A program made the position numbers and the translations under genes. A stretch of 64,000 bases of DNA, from assembly GCA_963708025.1 (NCBI GenBank), contig CAVPSB010000025.1, positions 384,001 to 448,000 of the forward strand, given 5' to 3'. Source of the DNA: an uncultured Candidatus Rokubacteria bacterium (GTDB taxonomy: Bacteria > Methylomirabilota > Methylomirabilia > Rokubacteriales > DASRDR01). The notes beneath the pieces were generated by a model. It saw only the letters and a list, made by a program, of their open reading frames with translations. It was not told the DNA's origin and searched no databases. Each line of letters starts with the position of its first letter. The first letter of the stretch is position 1. Below are positions 10,001-19,156 of this stretch, piece by piece.

Positions 10001-11827
10001 GGCGTCCCGGTGACGCTCGGCGAGCGCCTGCTCGGGATCCTGTCGATCGGCGGGCGTGGGGACACCGGGCTCTCGTCGGCCGACGTGGCGCTGCTCCAGA
10101 CCCTGACCGGACAGGCGGCCGTCGCGATCGAGAACGCACGGCTCTACGAGGCCGCCCAGCGCGAAGAGGCCGAGGCGGTGGCCCTCGCCGAGGCCTCGCG
10201 GCGCTTCAGCGCGACCCTCCGGCGGGAAGCGGTGCTGGAAGCGCTGGTCGAGGCGGCCGAGCGCGTGCTGGGGCAGGTATGGGTGGCGTTCGCGGTCGAG
10301 CCCGAGACCGGCGCCCTCCGCGTCGTGGCGCGCTCGGCCGAGGCCGCGACCAGCCCCCGGGGACCGGCCGTCGGAACGGTGGCGCTGCGTGTCGGCGAGC
10401 GACTCGTCGGCCACGTGGCGGCGACCGGCAGCCCGCTGCTCGTGCGGGACGTCGAGGAGCTTCCCGCCGACCATCCGTCGCGACCGGACTTCCTCCGGTG
10501 GGGGATGCGGTCCGTGCTGATCGTGCCGGTCGTCGCCAATGGCGCCGTGCGAGCCATCCTGGCCGGCTCCATCCACGATGACTCCCGGCAGTTCAGCGAG
10601 CGCGATCTCCGGCTCGCCCAGGCCGTCGCCGACCGGGCCGCGACCGCGCTGGAGAACGCCCGGCTCTTCGAGGAGCTGACCCGGGCCTACCAGGAGCTGA
10701 AGACCGCCCAGGAGCACCTGGTCCAGACCGAGAAGCTGCGGGCGCTGGGCGAGATGGCGTCGGGGGTGGCGCACGACTTCAACAACATCCTGGCCGCCAT
10801 CCTCGGGCGGGTGCAGCTCATCCTGAGCCAGACCGAGGAGCCGACCGCGCGCCGGTGGCTTCAGATCATCGAGCGGGCCGCGCTGGACGGCGCCCAGACG
10901 GTGCGGCAGATCCAGGAGTTCACCCGGATCCGCCGGGACCAGCCGGCCGAGACGGTCGACCTCAACCAGGTCGTGCGGGACGCCGTCGAGATGACCCAGA
11001 CGCGGTGGCGCGACCAGACGCAGTCGCAGGGGCTGGAGGTGCGCGTGGTCACCGAGCTGGGGGCGGTGCCGCCGGTGGACGGCCACCCGGCGGAGCTGCG
11101 CCAGGTCCTCACCAACCTGGTCCTGAACGCCGTCGATGCGCTGCCCCGTGGCGGGACCATCACGGTCGCCACCCGGACGGCCGCCGGGGCGGTCGAGGTC
11201 GCGGTCACCGACACCGGCGTCGGGATGTCCGACGAGGTCCGGCGGCGGATCTTCGAGCCGTTCTTCACCACCAAGGGGCCGAAGGGCACCGGCCTCGGGC
11301 TGGCCATGGTGTACGGCATCGTGGCTCGGCACGGCGGCGAGGTGCTCGTCGACTCGCGCGAAGGCGCCGGCTCGACCTTCACCATCCGGCTGCCGCTCGG
11401 CGCCGGCCGCGCCGAGCCCGGGACCGTGCCCCTCGCGCTCACCGGCAACGCCGGCGGCCGTGTCCTCGTCATCGACGACGAGGAGAACGTGCGGGACACC
11501 CTCGCCGATATGCTCCGGCTGACCCGGCACGAGGTCGTGGTCGCCAGCCACGGGGCGGAGGGCCTCGAGCACTTCCGGACGGGGCCATTCGACCTAGTCA
11601 TGACGGACCTGGCGATGCCCGGAATGTCCGGCTGGCAGGTCGCCCAGGCGGTCAAGGCGCTACGGCCCGACGTCCCGGTGGTGCTGGTGACCGGCTGGGG
11701 CGTCGAGCTGCCGGCCGACCAGCTCCGGGCCAACGGGGTCGATCGGGTGATGACGAAGCCGTTCCGGATCGACGAGGTCAACTCGGTCGTGGGAGCCTTC
11801 CTGAGCCGGGTCACGTCGCGCACCTGA
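7025..11827 (+). CDS. Soluble hybrid sensor histidine kinase: 7 tandem GAF + HisKA + HATPase + REC
   Basis: Seven (E/D)NARL-type GAF-terminal helices; AHDFNN H-box, NAVDA N-box, DTGVGM G1, FFTTK..GTGLGL; C-terminal IDDE/TDLAMP/TKPF receiver. Confidence 0.92.
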   Translation: MAIPSRRTGRTRRPASPRSASGGLRSRGRTDRARVADRALIALGEAATAGLTPDQMLELVAAAARALTGEATVHLWLVNDERRELRLVAESGRRPGRAGKALRPRLKFNEGLVGEVARTREPLVLPSLRDDRRLANPEWVRDQGFVSFAGVPFARADHLLGVLSVFTWRRHRFTRRDVDLLRSFARHAALALESAALFEAATSRLRRLEALREIEREISQQREPDALLGLIVRRATELLEADSATVFLLDEGAGVLRPHASFNPPPGLREVALGEGVVGLIALRREGMIVNDYPRSPYAIAPYRDLDSAIVAQPLLVGMAVGGVILVRRKVAGPPFAEADLVQLGDFAIQASIALENVRLLRLASARAERVKAAAEVGRLLASTLDADRILDVIAEKCREILGAHAFGMFRLDADGSLCYVRGFGLDDDFVRHHTFALGEGVVGKAALERRSVQTANLLTDPAIRLSPELRAQLERAGSRALIATPILIRTQVLGVLAVYHLPGSRIPAEESEFLEILAHHAAAALENARLFTQARRRQESAETLAALTQTLTGSLDLSTVLSLVADGVRRLLGSDGGAVGLVEPDGAIRLTTAVGLAVDAFRDAVIRPGRGVGGRVLEMRAPFWTTDYLTDPRITRDFADQVRATGLVGELAVPVIVRDEVVGVLWALFGRPTEITEEDVGLASDLAQVVAVALDNARLYEEARQSAAEARTLFEVGRLIAATLDPERVLDVIVEKVRGLMGAPACGLFRLDAEGLLRFARGAGLSPEILEGLAVRLGEGTSGRSVVDGVPVWTTDLLTDPQVRLDARSRALVEKEGFRAVLSVPVWIKDAPYGCLATYWWEPHAATPREVERLSSLATLAAVALENARLYVELRENVGRLERLNQVNRAVSASLRLDEVLGQVAQATASLLGVPVVTLWVADEERRMLTRRAGVGDPELLAAIPTDRAYGEGAVGWVAEHRRPLLDAPVGEDRRVLRAEMLRPRGITLVSGVPVTLGERLLGILSIGGRGDTGLSSADVALLQTLTGQAAVAIENARLYEAAQREEAEAVALAEASRRFSATLRREAVLEALVEAAERVLGQVWVAFAVEPETGALRVVARSAEAATSPRGPAVGTVALRVGERLVGHVAATGSPLLVRDVEELPADHPSRPDFLRWGMRSVLIVPVVANGAVRAILAGSIHDDSRQFSERDLRLAQAVADRAATALENARLFEELTRAYQELKTAQEHLVQTEKLRALGEMASGVAHDFNNILAAILGRVQLILSQTEEPTARRWLQIIERAALDGAQTVRQIQEFTRIRRDQPAETVDLNQVVRDAVEMTQTRWRDQTQSQGLEVRVVTELGAVPPVDGHPAELRQVLTNLVLNAVDALPRGGTITVATRTAAGAVEVAVTDTGVGMSDEVRRRIFEPFFTTKGPKGTGLGLAMVYGIVARHGGEVLVDSREGAGSTFTIRLPLGAGRAEPGTVPLALTGNAGGRVLVIDDEENVRDTLADMLRLTRHEVVVASHGAEGLEHFRTGPFDLVMTDLAMPGMSGWQVAQAVKALRPDVPVVLVTGWGVELPADQLRANGVDRVMTKPFRIDEVNSVVGAFLSRVTSRT

Positions 11828-12008
11828 GAGCGTGTGAAGGAATGGGACCCCCGGCTCCCCCCCGGCCAAAGGCCGAAGGCCGTCGACGGATCGGGTAGGC
11901 GCGAGGTCCTGAACTGGAGAGGGTGTGAAGCAATTGGCCTCCGGCTCCCCCCTCCCCCCGGTGGGTGGGGGAGGGGGGCTGGGGGGGTAGGCGGGAGGTC
12001 ACGAACAA
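11828..12008 (+). repeat. Tandem pair of the C/G-tract intergenic element (B1 variant, B2 full), abutting the trpD ATG
   Basis: Both units start gag(c/g)gtgtgaag(g/c)aat and end ggtaggcg(c/g)gaggtc. Confidence 0.85.
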
Positions 12009-13085
12009 ATGAGCAGCCCGGTGATCGTGGAGGCGATTCGCACGCTGGTGGAGCGCCGGGACCTGACCCGCATGGAAGCGGCGGCGGCCATGGAGGCCAT
12101 CATGTCGGGGGGGGCGACGCATGCCCAGGTGGCGGCCTTCCTGACCGCCCTCCGCATGAAAGGCGAGACCGTTGACGAGCTGACCGGCCTGGCCGAGGTG
12201 ATGCGGCTCAAGGTCGCCCGGGTCCGCACCCGGGGTGAGGTCGAGGCCGCGCTGACCGGCACCGACCGGGAGATGCTGATCGACACCTGCGGGACCGGCG
12301 GAGACGCCACCGGGACCTTCAACATCTCCACCGCCACCGCGTTCGTGGTGGCCGGCACCGGCCTCAAGGTCGCCAAGCACGGGAACCGGTCGGCCTCGAG
12401 CCTCTGCGGCTCGGCCGACGTCGTGGAGACGCTCGGCATCAACCTGGAGCTGCCCCCGGCCCGCGTCGCCCAGTGCGTGGACGAGGTCGGCATCGGCTTC
12501 CTCTACGCGCCGCTGCTCCACACCGCGATGAAGCACGTCATGCCGGCCCGGCGCGAGATCGGGATCCGCACCGTGTTCAACCTGCTGGGCCCGCTGACGA
12601 ACCCGGCCGGCGCCAACGCCCAGGTCATCGGCGTGTCCGCCCGGAACCTGGTCGAGCCCCTGGCCCGGGTCCTGTCCGAGCTGGGCACCGTCCGGGCCTT
12701 CGTCGTCCACGGGGCCGATGGGCTCGACGAGATCTCGACGACCGGCGAGAGCTGGGTCGCGGAGGTGCGCGAGGGTCTCGTCCGGACGGCCACCGTGCGA
12801 CCGGAGGACTTCGGCGTCTCCCGGGCGTCGATCACCGACCTGCGGGGCGGGGACCGCGAGGAGAACGCGGAGATCATCCGCCGGGTCCTCGGCGGTGACC
12901 CCGGCCCGAAGCGGGACATCGTCGTCGTGAACTCGGCGGCGGCCCTGGTGGCCGGCGGCCGGGCCCGCGACTTCAAGGAAGGCGCTCAGCAGGCCGCCCA
13001 TTCGATCGACAGCGGCGCCGCGCGGGGAAAGCTCCAGGGCCTCATCGAGCTGTCGCAGCGCCTGGCGGCCGCCGCCAAGAGCTGA
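12009..13085 (+). CDS. trpD: Anthranilate phosphoribosyltransferase
   Basis: DTCGTGGD, FNISTATAF, KHGNRSASS, RTVFNLLGPLTNP, HGADGLDEIST. Confidence 0.96.
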   Translation: MSSPVIVEAIRTLVERRDLTRMEAAAAMEAIMSGGATHAQVAAFLTALRMKGETVDELTGLAEVMRLKVARVRTRGEVEAALTGTDREMLIDTCGTGGDATGTFNISTATAFVVAGTGLKVAKHGNRSASSLCGSADVVETLGINLELPPARVAQCVDEVGIGFLYAPLLHTAMKHVMPARREIGIRTVFNLLGPLTNPAGANAQVIGVSARNLVEPLARVLSELGTVRAFVVHGADGLDEISTTGESWVAEVREGLVRTATVRPEDFGVSRASITDLRGGDREENAEIIRRVLGGDPGPKRDIVVVNSAAALVAGGRARDFKEGAQQAAHSIDSGAARGKLQGLIELSQRLAAAAKS

Positions 13086-13099
13086 GACCGGGAAGAGGT

Positions 13100-13168
13100 C
13101 AACCCTCCGGCTCCCCCTCCCCCCGGTGGGTGAGGGAGGGGGGCTGGGGGGGTAGGAGGGAGGTCCCA
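13100..13168 (+). repeat. C/G-tract intergenic element, copy C
   Basis: cctccggctccccctccccccggtgggtgagggagggggg..ggtaggagggaggtc. Confidence 0.85.
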
Positions 13169-13801
13169 ATAAACACGCTGGCGCTGATCGGGAGTGCGCT
13201 CGGCCTCAGCCTTGCCTCGGGGCTCAGCCTCTACGGCGCCGCCTTCCTCACCGGGCTGGCCGTCAACCTCGGCTGGGTGCAGCTGGCCCCGGGCTGGGAG
13301 GCGCTGCGAGTCCTGGGGGACCCCATCGTGCTCGCCGTGGCCGGCACGCTCTTCTTCATCGAGTTCATCGCCGACAAGATCCCGTGGCTCGACTCCGCCT
13401 GGGATGCCGTCCACACCGTCATCCGCCCGATCGGCGGCGCCCTCCTCGCCATCCGGGTCTTCGGGGACCTGAACCCGGCGGCCGAGGTCGTGGCGCTCCT
13501 ACTCCTGGGCGGGGTGAGCCTGGCCGCCCACGGCGCCAAGGCCAGCCTGCGGCTGACGGCGAACGCGAGCCCCGAGCCGTTCTCCAACTGGCTCCTGAGC
13601 TTCGCCGAGAACGGCCTCGTCGTCGGCATCGTCTGGCTCGCCCTCGGCCATCCGATCCTCGCGCTCGTGGTCGGCGTCGCCGGCTTCGCCCTGGCGGTCA
13701 CCCTCGTCGTCTGGCTCGGGCGCCGGGCGGTGCTGGCCTTCCGAGGGTTCCGCGCGCGCGCCCGGGCTCGCTTTCCGGCCGGTCCCGGCCGTCTCGGCTG
13801 A
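13169..13801 (+). CDS. DUF4126-like membrane protein (apparent ATA start)
   Basis: LGLSLASGLSLY, EFIADKIPWLDSAWDAVHTVIRP, NASPEPFSN. Confidence 0.8.
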   Translation: MNTLALIGSALGLSLASGLSLYGAAFLTGLAVNLGWVQLAPGWEALRVLGDPIVLAVAGTLFFIEFIADKIPWLDSAWDAVHTVIRPIGGALLAIRVFGDLNPAAEVVALLLLGGVSLAAHGAKASLRLTANASPEPFSNWLLSFAENGLVVGIVWLALGHPILALVVGVAGFALAVTLVVWLGRRAVLAFRGFRARARARFPAGPGRLG

Positions 13802-13804
13802 GAG

Positions 13805-14809
13805 TTGCCCGAACCGATCCACCTGACCTGGCTCGGGGGCCCGGAGATCGCGGCCCTCGCGATGACGGACGACGAGATCCTGGGCGCCGTCGAGGGCGCC
13901 CTCCTCGCCCAGGGCCGCGGCGAGACCGTCATCGAACCACGGGTCCACTTGGTCCCCGATCCCGTCTTCCGCGGCCACTTCAACGTTCTCCGTGGCTACA
14001 TCGCGCCGCTCGGCGTCGCCGGCGTGAAGGTCGTCGGTGACTACGTGGACAACTACCGGCTCGGGCTCACCTCCGAGATGGCGCTCCTCAACCTTTTCGA
14101 TCCCCGGACCGGGATGCCCCGCGCCGTCATCGACGCCAGCCTGATCACCGACATGCGGACCGGCGCCGTGACCGCCCTTGGCGCGCGGCACCTCGCCCGG
14201 CGAGCGAGCCGGGTGCTGGGACACATCGGCGCCCGCGGCAGCGCCTACTGGAACGTGCGCCTCCTGGACCGGCTCTTCGACTTCGCCGAGATCCGGGTCC
14301 ACTCGCGGCGGCCGGAGAGCCGGGCAGCGTTCGGCGCGCGGCTGTCGGTGGACCTCGGCAAGGCGGTGGCGGTCGTGGACGACTGGGAATCCTGCGTCCG
14401 GGGCGCCGACATCGTGGTCGAGGCCGCGCGGCTCGCCGAGCCGGCGCCGCTCCTCCGGACCGAGTGGATCCGGCGTGGGGCCTGCGTCATCCCCTACGGC
14501 ACCATGAGCGCCCTCGAGCTGTCCCTGACCGACGTGATGGACAAGCTCGTCGTCGACGACTGGGGCCAGTGCCGGAGCGGGCCCTTCGGCGCCCTCCGCG
14601 CCCACGTCGAGGCCGGCAAGCTGACCGAGGGCACGCTCCACGGCGAGCTGGGCGAGATCGTGGCCGGCCGGAAGCCCGGCCGTGAGCGCGACGACGAGAC
14701 CATCCTCTTCTGGCACCGGGGCCTCTCGACCACGGACATCGCCCTCGGCCACGCCATGCTGGAGAAGGCCACCCGCCTCGGGATCGGCCAGCAGCTCCGG
14801 TTCGCCTGA
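13805..14809 (+). CDS. Ornithine cyclodeaminase/mu-crystallin family protein
   Basis: GVKVVG, LFDPRTG, ITDMRTGAV, HGELGEIVAG, GLSTTDIALG. Confidence 0.9.
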   Translation: MPEPIHLTWLGGPEIAALAMTDDEILGAVEGALLAQGRGETVIEPRVHLVPDPVFRGHFNVLRGYIAPLGVAGVKVVGDYVDNYRLGLTSEMALLNLFDPRTGMPRAVIDASLITDMRTGAVTALGARHLARRASRVLGHIGARGSAYWNVRLLDRLFDFAEIRVHSRRPESRAAFGARLSVDLGKAVAVVDDWESCVRGADIVVEAARLAEPAPLLRTEWIRRGACVIPYGTMSALELSLTDVMDKLVVDDWGQCRSGPFGALRAHVEAGKLTEGTLHGELGEIVAGRKPGRERDDETILFWHRGLSTTDIALGHAMLEKATRLGIGQQLRFA

Positions 14810-14937
14810 GCGCAAGCTCGGCGACGCGCCGGCGCTCCCTCCCGGGAACTTCCCGCCGACCCCCCGGTCTAAGCAGGCAAAGCGCCGGTCCGGCCGTCCG
14901 ATTCGTGGCCAAATCAGACCGGTGCGGGGAGGCTCTC

Positions 14938-15984
14938 ATGGGGACGAATCGGCGGAAATTCCTGCATTCCATGGGGCTCGGCCTGGTGGCGGCGGCCGGG
15001 GCGCCGGCAGCGAGCGCGTGGGCCCAGCCCTTCCGGATCCTCGGCGGCGGGGAGGCGCGTCCGGAGGGGGTGGCGGTCCCGGGCCGGATCAGTCCCGAGC
15101 TCCAGCGCTTCGTGGCCACGGTGCGGATCGGCTCGGGGAAGGTCCACGGCGCCCTCCAGGTGTTCTGGCTCCACGGGGCGCCGGCCGTCGGCTTCCCGGT
15201 CGCCACGCTCGAGGAGGCGCGCGCGAGCGGCGACCTCCTCATCACCGAGCGGGAGCAGGCGACGGTGCCCGAGCTGGTCGTCGAGAATCGCGGCAAGGGT
15301 CACGTCCTGCTCCTCGCCGGCGAGATCCTGCTCGGGGGCAAGCAGAACCGGGTCCTCACCGAGGACCTCCTGCTGCCGCCGCGGAGCGGCCCGCGGCCGA
15401 TCGGCGTCTACTGCGTCGAGCAGGGGCGGTGGGTCGAGCGGTCGGCCGGGTTCGAGGCCCGGGGCAGCTTCGCGGCGCCGGGCCTCCGCGCCAAGGTGCT
15501 GGAGAAGGAGGGCCAGGGGCGCGTGTGGGCCGAGGTCAACCGCTACGCCAGGAGCGCCGCGGCCCCGTCACCCACCGGGAGCTACCAGGCGATCTACGAC
15601 AAGCCCGAGGTCAAGGCGCATCTCTCCGAGGCCGAGCAGGCGCTCGACCACCGCGCGGCCCCGGGCGCGCTGGGGGCAGCCGTGTTCGTCGCGGACGCCC
15701 TGGTCGGGGTGGATCTCTTCTGCGACCCGACGCTGTTCGCGCGCCAGTGGCCGAAGCTCCTGCGCGCCCAGGCGGTCGAGGCCTACCGGCGGCCGTCCGA
15801 GTCGCCGGTGGACGCGGCGAAGCTCCGGGCGCGCGTCGAGCGGCTGCTGCGGATGGCGGGGGCAGTGGAAGGCACGCTGCGGACGAACGCCGGGGTGGGC
15901 CACCTCTTCGAGTGTCGGCTGGAGGCCCATCGCGGCGCCGCCCTCGTCTTCGACGGCCGAGTGATTCACGCCGCCATCATCTGA
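14938..15984 (+). CDS. Tat-exported ARPP-1/DUF6569-like protein
   Basis: NRRKFL signal; VPELVVEN..LLLAGEILLGGKQNRV..CVEQGRW..QGRVWAEV core. Confidence 0.7.
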   Translation: MGTNRRKFLHSMGLGLVAAAGAPAASAWAQPFRILGGGEARPEGVAVPGRISPELQRFVATVRIGSGKVHGALQVFWLHGAPAVGFPVATLEEARASGDLLITEREQATVPELVVENRGKGHVLLLAGEILLGGKQNRVLTEDLLLPPRSGPRPIGVYCVEQGRWVERSAGFEARGSFAAPGLRAKVLEKEGQGRVWAEVNRYARSAAAPSPTGSYQAIYDKPEVKAHLSEAEQALDHRAAPGALGAAVFVADALVGVDLFCDPTLFARQWPKLLRAQAVEAYRRPSESPVDAAKLRARVERLLRMAGAVEGTLRTNAGVGHLFECRLEAHRGAALVFDGRVIHAAII

Positions 15985-16170
15985 GCCGGTGGCCAGACTG
16001 AGCCGGCCGGCGGCCCGCGGGATCATGGCCCCCGGGGGCGCGGCCGTTGCGCGCTCTGTTAGGCATCACCTAACGACAAGACCGAGACACGGGAGCGCTC
16101 GGGGGAGGGAAGGCAGGCGCCGCCACTCTTGAACCCCAATCGGTGATTATCCGCCATGCCCCCCTATCGA

Positions 16171-16205
16171 CCCTCATCCCAACCCTCTCCCTGGAAGGGA
16201 GAGGG
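16171..16205. repeat. REP-like hairpin ccctcatcccaaccctctccc..gggagaggg
   Basis: Palindrome located between convergent genes. Confidence 0.65.
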
Positions 16206-16264
16206 AGCGGAGTAGGAGCAGCGCCCGGAGCCCCGATGAGGGTGCTGTATTCGCCGTTCAGGGG

Positions 16265-16882
16265 TCAACGAGCGGCCCGCTCGGCCTGCCAGGCCACCGG
16301 CCCCTGGAAGTCCCAGTACCGGGTGCGGTCGAGCACGGGGTCCCCGCCGGAGAGGATCCCTCCGGGGAACCGGCCGTTGTGGAGCCGGAGGACCGCGTAG
16401 TGCCGGGGGGCCAGCTCGCGGGCGGCCCAGGCGTGCTTCACGCTGGTCCGCCAGTGCTCCTTCGCGTCCGGTGGATCGACGACGATCAGGTTTCCCCAGT
16501 TTCCGTCGGCCAGCTCGAGCGAGCCGTAGCTCAGGATGCCGGGGTGGTCCGGCAGCTCCCGGACCAGCTCGTCGTCCGTCAGGGTCAGCGGCGAAGGATC
16601 GATCCCGCGGCGCTTCAGGGCGAAGAAGCCGACGAAGCTCGGCTCGAGGGCGGCGCGGAGGCGCCACTCGTCGCAGAGGACGACCCGGTGCTGGCGGCCG
16701 TCCGGCTCCGGCGTCTGGACGACCAGCGGCCGCGCCTCACCGGGCAGCGCCTGGCGTAGGAGCCCGCGCAGCCGCGCCGCCATCACGTGGATCGACGCCA
16801 GGTCCTCGGCGGTGCGCGCCGGATCGGTGAACGGCCGGCCGCCGGCCGTCTCCGATCGGGTCAGGCGGACGATCTCCTCCAT
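16265..16882 (-). CDS. Hypothetical protein, possibly dimeric alpha-beta barrel (ABM-like)
   Basis: Plausible ORF with GAGG RBS; the W..S..H..A pattern (HWRTSVKHAWA) is weakly ABM-like. Confidence 0.55.
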   Translation of the reverse strand: MEEIVRLTRSETAGGRPFTDPARTAEDLASIHVMAARLRGLLRQALPGEARPLVVQTPEPDGRQHRVVLCDEWRLRAALEPSFVGFFALKRRGIDPSPLTLTDDELVRELPDHPGILSYGSLELADGNWGNLIVVDPPDAKEHWRTSVKHAWAARELAPRHYAVLRLHNGRFPGGILSGGDPVLDRTRYWDFQGPVAWQAERAAR

Positions 16883-16944
16883 GGCGCCTCGACCGCATTA
16901 TGGGGGTTCCCGGGCGCGCCCGTCGATGCCAAGATGAGGGCGCG

Positions 16945-17733
16945 ATGCTGGTCGTGGCCTCCTACCTGGCCGAGAATGCGCGGCCGATCTACGAGCGGAT
17001 CGCCGCCTACGTCGGGCAGCGGCTCGGCGAGGCCGCCGAGCTGACCCGGGCGCCGTGGGCCGAGCGCCTCCGGCTGCTGGACGACGGCGGCGTCAACGTC
17101 GCGTTCCTGTGCGGCCTGCCCTACTCCCGCCGGGTCGATCGCCTGGCGCTTCTCGGCGCGCCGGTCATGGCCGCCCTCCGCTACCGGGACCGGCCGGTCT
17201 ACTTCACCGACGTGATCGTGCGTCGAGACAGCCCGGTCCGGTCCTTCCGGGAGCTGCGAGGCCGGGTGTGGGCCTACAACGACGGGGACTCGAACTCCGG
17301 GTACGTCGTGCCGCGCGATCATCTCCTGACGCTCGGCGAGACGCGCGGGTTCTTCGGCGACGTGATCGCCTCCGGGTCCCACCAGCGGTCGATCCGGCTG
17401 GTCCTCGACGGCAAGGTGGACGCGTCGGGGATCGACAGCACGGTGCTCGAGCTGGAGCAGGCGCAGCAGCCCGACGTCGCGCTCGGCCTCCGCGTCGTCG
17501 AGTCGCTCGGCCCGTGTCCGATCCCGCCGGTCGTCGTCGCGGCGCGCCGTCCGGAGGCGCTGAAGGCCCGGCTTCGCGAGGTCCTCCTGGCGATGCACGC
17601 GGACCCGGCCGGCCGCGCCATCCTGGCCGACGGCCTGATCGCCCGCTTCGTCCCCGTCCGCGACGCCGACTACGACCCGATCCGCGAGATGCTCCGCCGG
17701 GCCGCCGCCGCCGGCTTCCTCGGCCTGCGCTGA
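16945..17733 (+). CDS. PhnD/phosphonate-type binding protein, no signal peptide
   Basis: AFLCGLPY, YFTDVIVRRDS, YNDGDSNSGY, SGSHQRSI. Confidence 0.8.
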   Translation: MLVVASYLAENARPIYERIAAYVGQRLGEAAELTRAPWAERLRLLDDGGVNVAFLCGLPYSRRVDRLALLGAPVMAALRYRDRPVYFTDVIVRRDSPVRSFRELRGRVWAYNDGDSNSGYVVPRDHLLTLGETRGFFGDVIASGSHQRSIRLVLDGKVDASGIDSTVLELEQAQQPDVALGLRVVESLGPCPIPPVVVAARRPEALKARLREVLLAMHADPAGRAILADGLIARFVPVRDADYDPIREMLRRAAAAGFLGLR

Positions 17734-17790
17734 TCGCGGCCCAGATCACCTCTCGTCATTTCGGACGTGCCGATCGAAAGGAGCACCGGG

Positions 17791-19156
17791 GTGGACTACG
17801 ACGTCATCGTGATCGGATCGGGCGCCGGCGGCGAAGCGGCGGCGTATCTCGGCCGGGAGCTGGGAGCGCGCGTGGCGGTGATAGAGCGGGAGCTGGTGGG
17901 CGGGGAGTGCGCCGTACTGGGCGTGCATGCCGTCGAAGACGCTCCTGACCGCGGCGATGCGCCGCGCCGCCGGCGGCAGCTATCCCTGGGAGCGCGCCTC
18001 GGGGCGCCGGGACTGGATGATCTCGCGAGAGGGGCTCGACTACCCGGGTGACGCCGAGCAGGTGGCGGGGCTGGAGGGGGCGGGCGCCGTCGTCGTCCGG
18101 GGACAGGCGCGGATCGTCGGCCGCGGCAAGGTGGAAGTGGACGCCCCCCGCGGCGGCCGGCAGCTCCTGGAGGGATCGAGCCTCATCGTGGCCACGGGCT
18201 CCGTCCCCGTCATCCCGCCGATCGACGGGCTGAAGGAGGCCGGGTACTGGACGAGCCGGGAGGGCACGTCGCTCCGGGAGCTGCCCTCGAGCATCGTCGT
18301 GCTGGGCGGGGGAGTCGTCGGCGTCGAGCTGGCCCAGGTCTACGCGCGGTTCGGGGTGCGGACGGTGGTCGTCGAGGGCAACGATCGCATCCTGTCGCGC
18401 GATCACCCGAAGAGCTCCCAGGCGGTGACCGACCAGCTCCGCCAGGAAGGCGTGGAGATCCGGACCGGGGTGAAGGCGAAGGCGGTGCGCGCCGGCGGGT
18501 CGGGTCGCATCGTCGAGCTGTCGGACGGCTCCCGGGTGGAGGGGGCCCAGCTCCTCGTCGCGGTGGGCCGGCGCGCGTCAGACCTGCGCGCGCTCGGGAT
18601 CGAGGCGGCTGGGGTCCGGCTCGGCGACCGGGGCGCCGTCCACCCCGACGAGCAGATGCGGGTGGGCGACGGCGTGTTCGTGGCCGGCGACGCGGCCGGC
18701 GGGCTCCAGTTCACCCACGTCGCGGACTACGAGGGGAAGATCGCCGTCCGGGCCGCGCTCGGCCAGAAGGCCCGCGCGGACCTCGGATCGGTGCCGAAGG
18801 CGACCTTCACGGACCCGGAGACGGCGGGAGTCGGCCTCACCGTGGAGGAGGCCCGCGCCCAGGGGATCGACGCCTTCGAGGTGACCCAGGACTTCGCGGC
18901 CACCGCCCGGGGCGTGACGCTGGAGGCGACCGGGGGCCACCTCACGGTCGTGGTCGACCGCGGCCGGGGGATCCTGGCCGGCGCGTTCGCCGCGTGCCCC
19001 GGCTCGGGAGAGCTGATCCACGAGGCCGCGCTGGCCATCAAGCTCGGCGTCCCGCTGGCCGTGCTGGCCGACACCATCCACGCCTTCCCGACCGCCGCCC
19101 GGGGATTGGGGGGCGTGCTGGAGGACGCCGGGAAGCAGCTCGCGAGGAACGCCTAG
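17791..19156 (+). CDS. Class I pyridine nucleotide-disulfide oxidoreductase (Lpd-like); +1 frameshift near 17911
   Basis: GSGAGG; removing one G restores GGECPYWACMPSK; GGGVVG, FTDPE, IHAFPT. Confidence 0.85.

Noticed and set aside
6167-11572. 1801-aa minus-strand ORF and other long overlapping ORFs (928-3660, 7438-9390, 21670-23784, 22212-24134, 61504-63183)
   Set aside because: Shadow ORFs of real genes in high-GC DNA; R/P/G-rich or antisense-pattern sequence without motifs.
11828-12008. trp attenuator or T-box upstream of trpD
   Set aside because: No tandem-Trp leader peptide or T-box motif, and the same element precedes unrelated genes.
16058-16074. GTTAGGC..CCTAAC as integron attC core sites
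   Set aside because: The order is reversed for a single attC, the sites are only about 5 bp apart, and there is no integrase or cassette array.
17900-17930. Programmed frameshift in the redox-active disulfide motif
   Set aside because: No slippery sequence, and many similar indels occur elsewhere in the window.
17791-19156. Mercuric reductase merA
   Set aside because: No C-terminal Cys-Cys pair, no NmerA domain, and no mer genes nearby.
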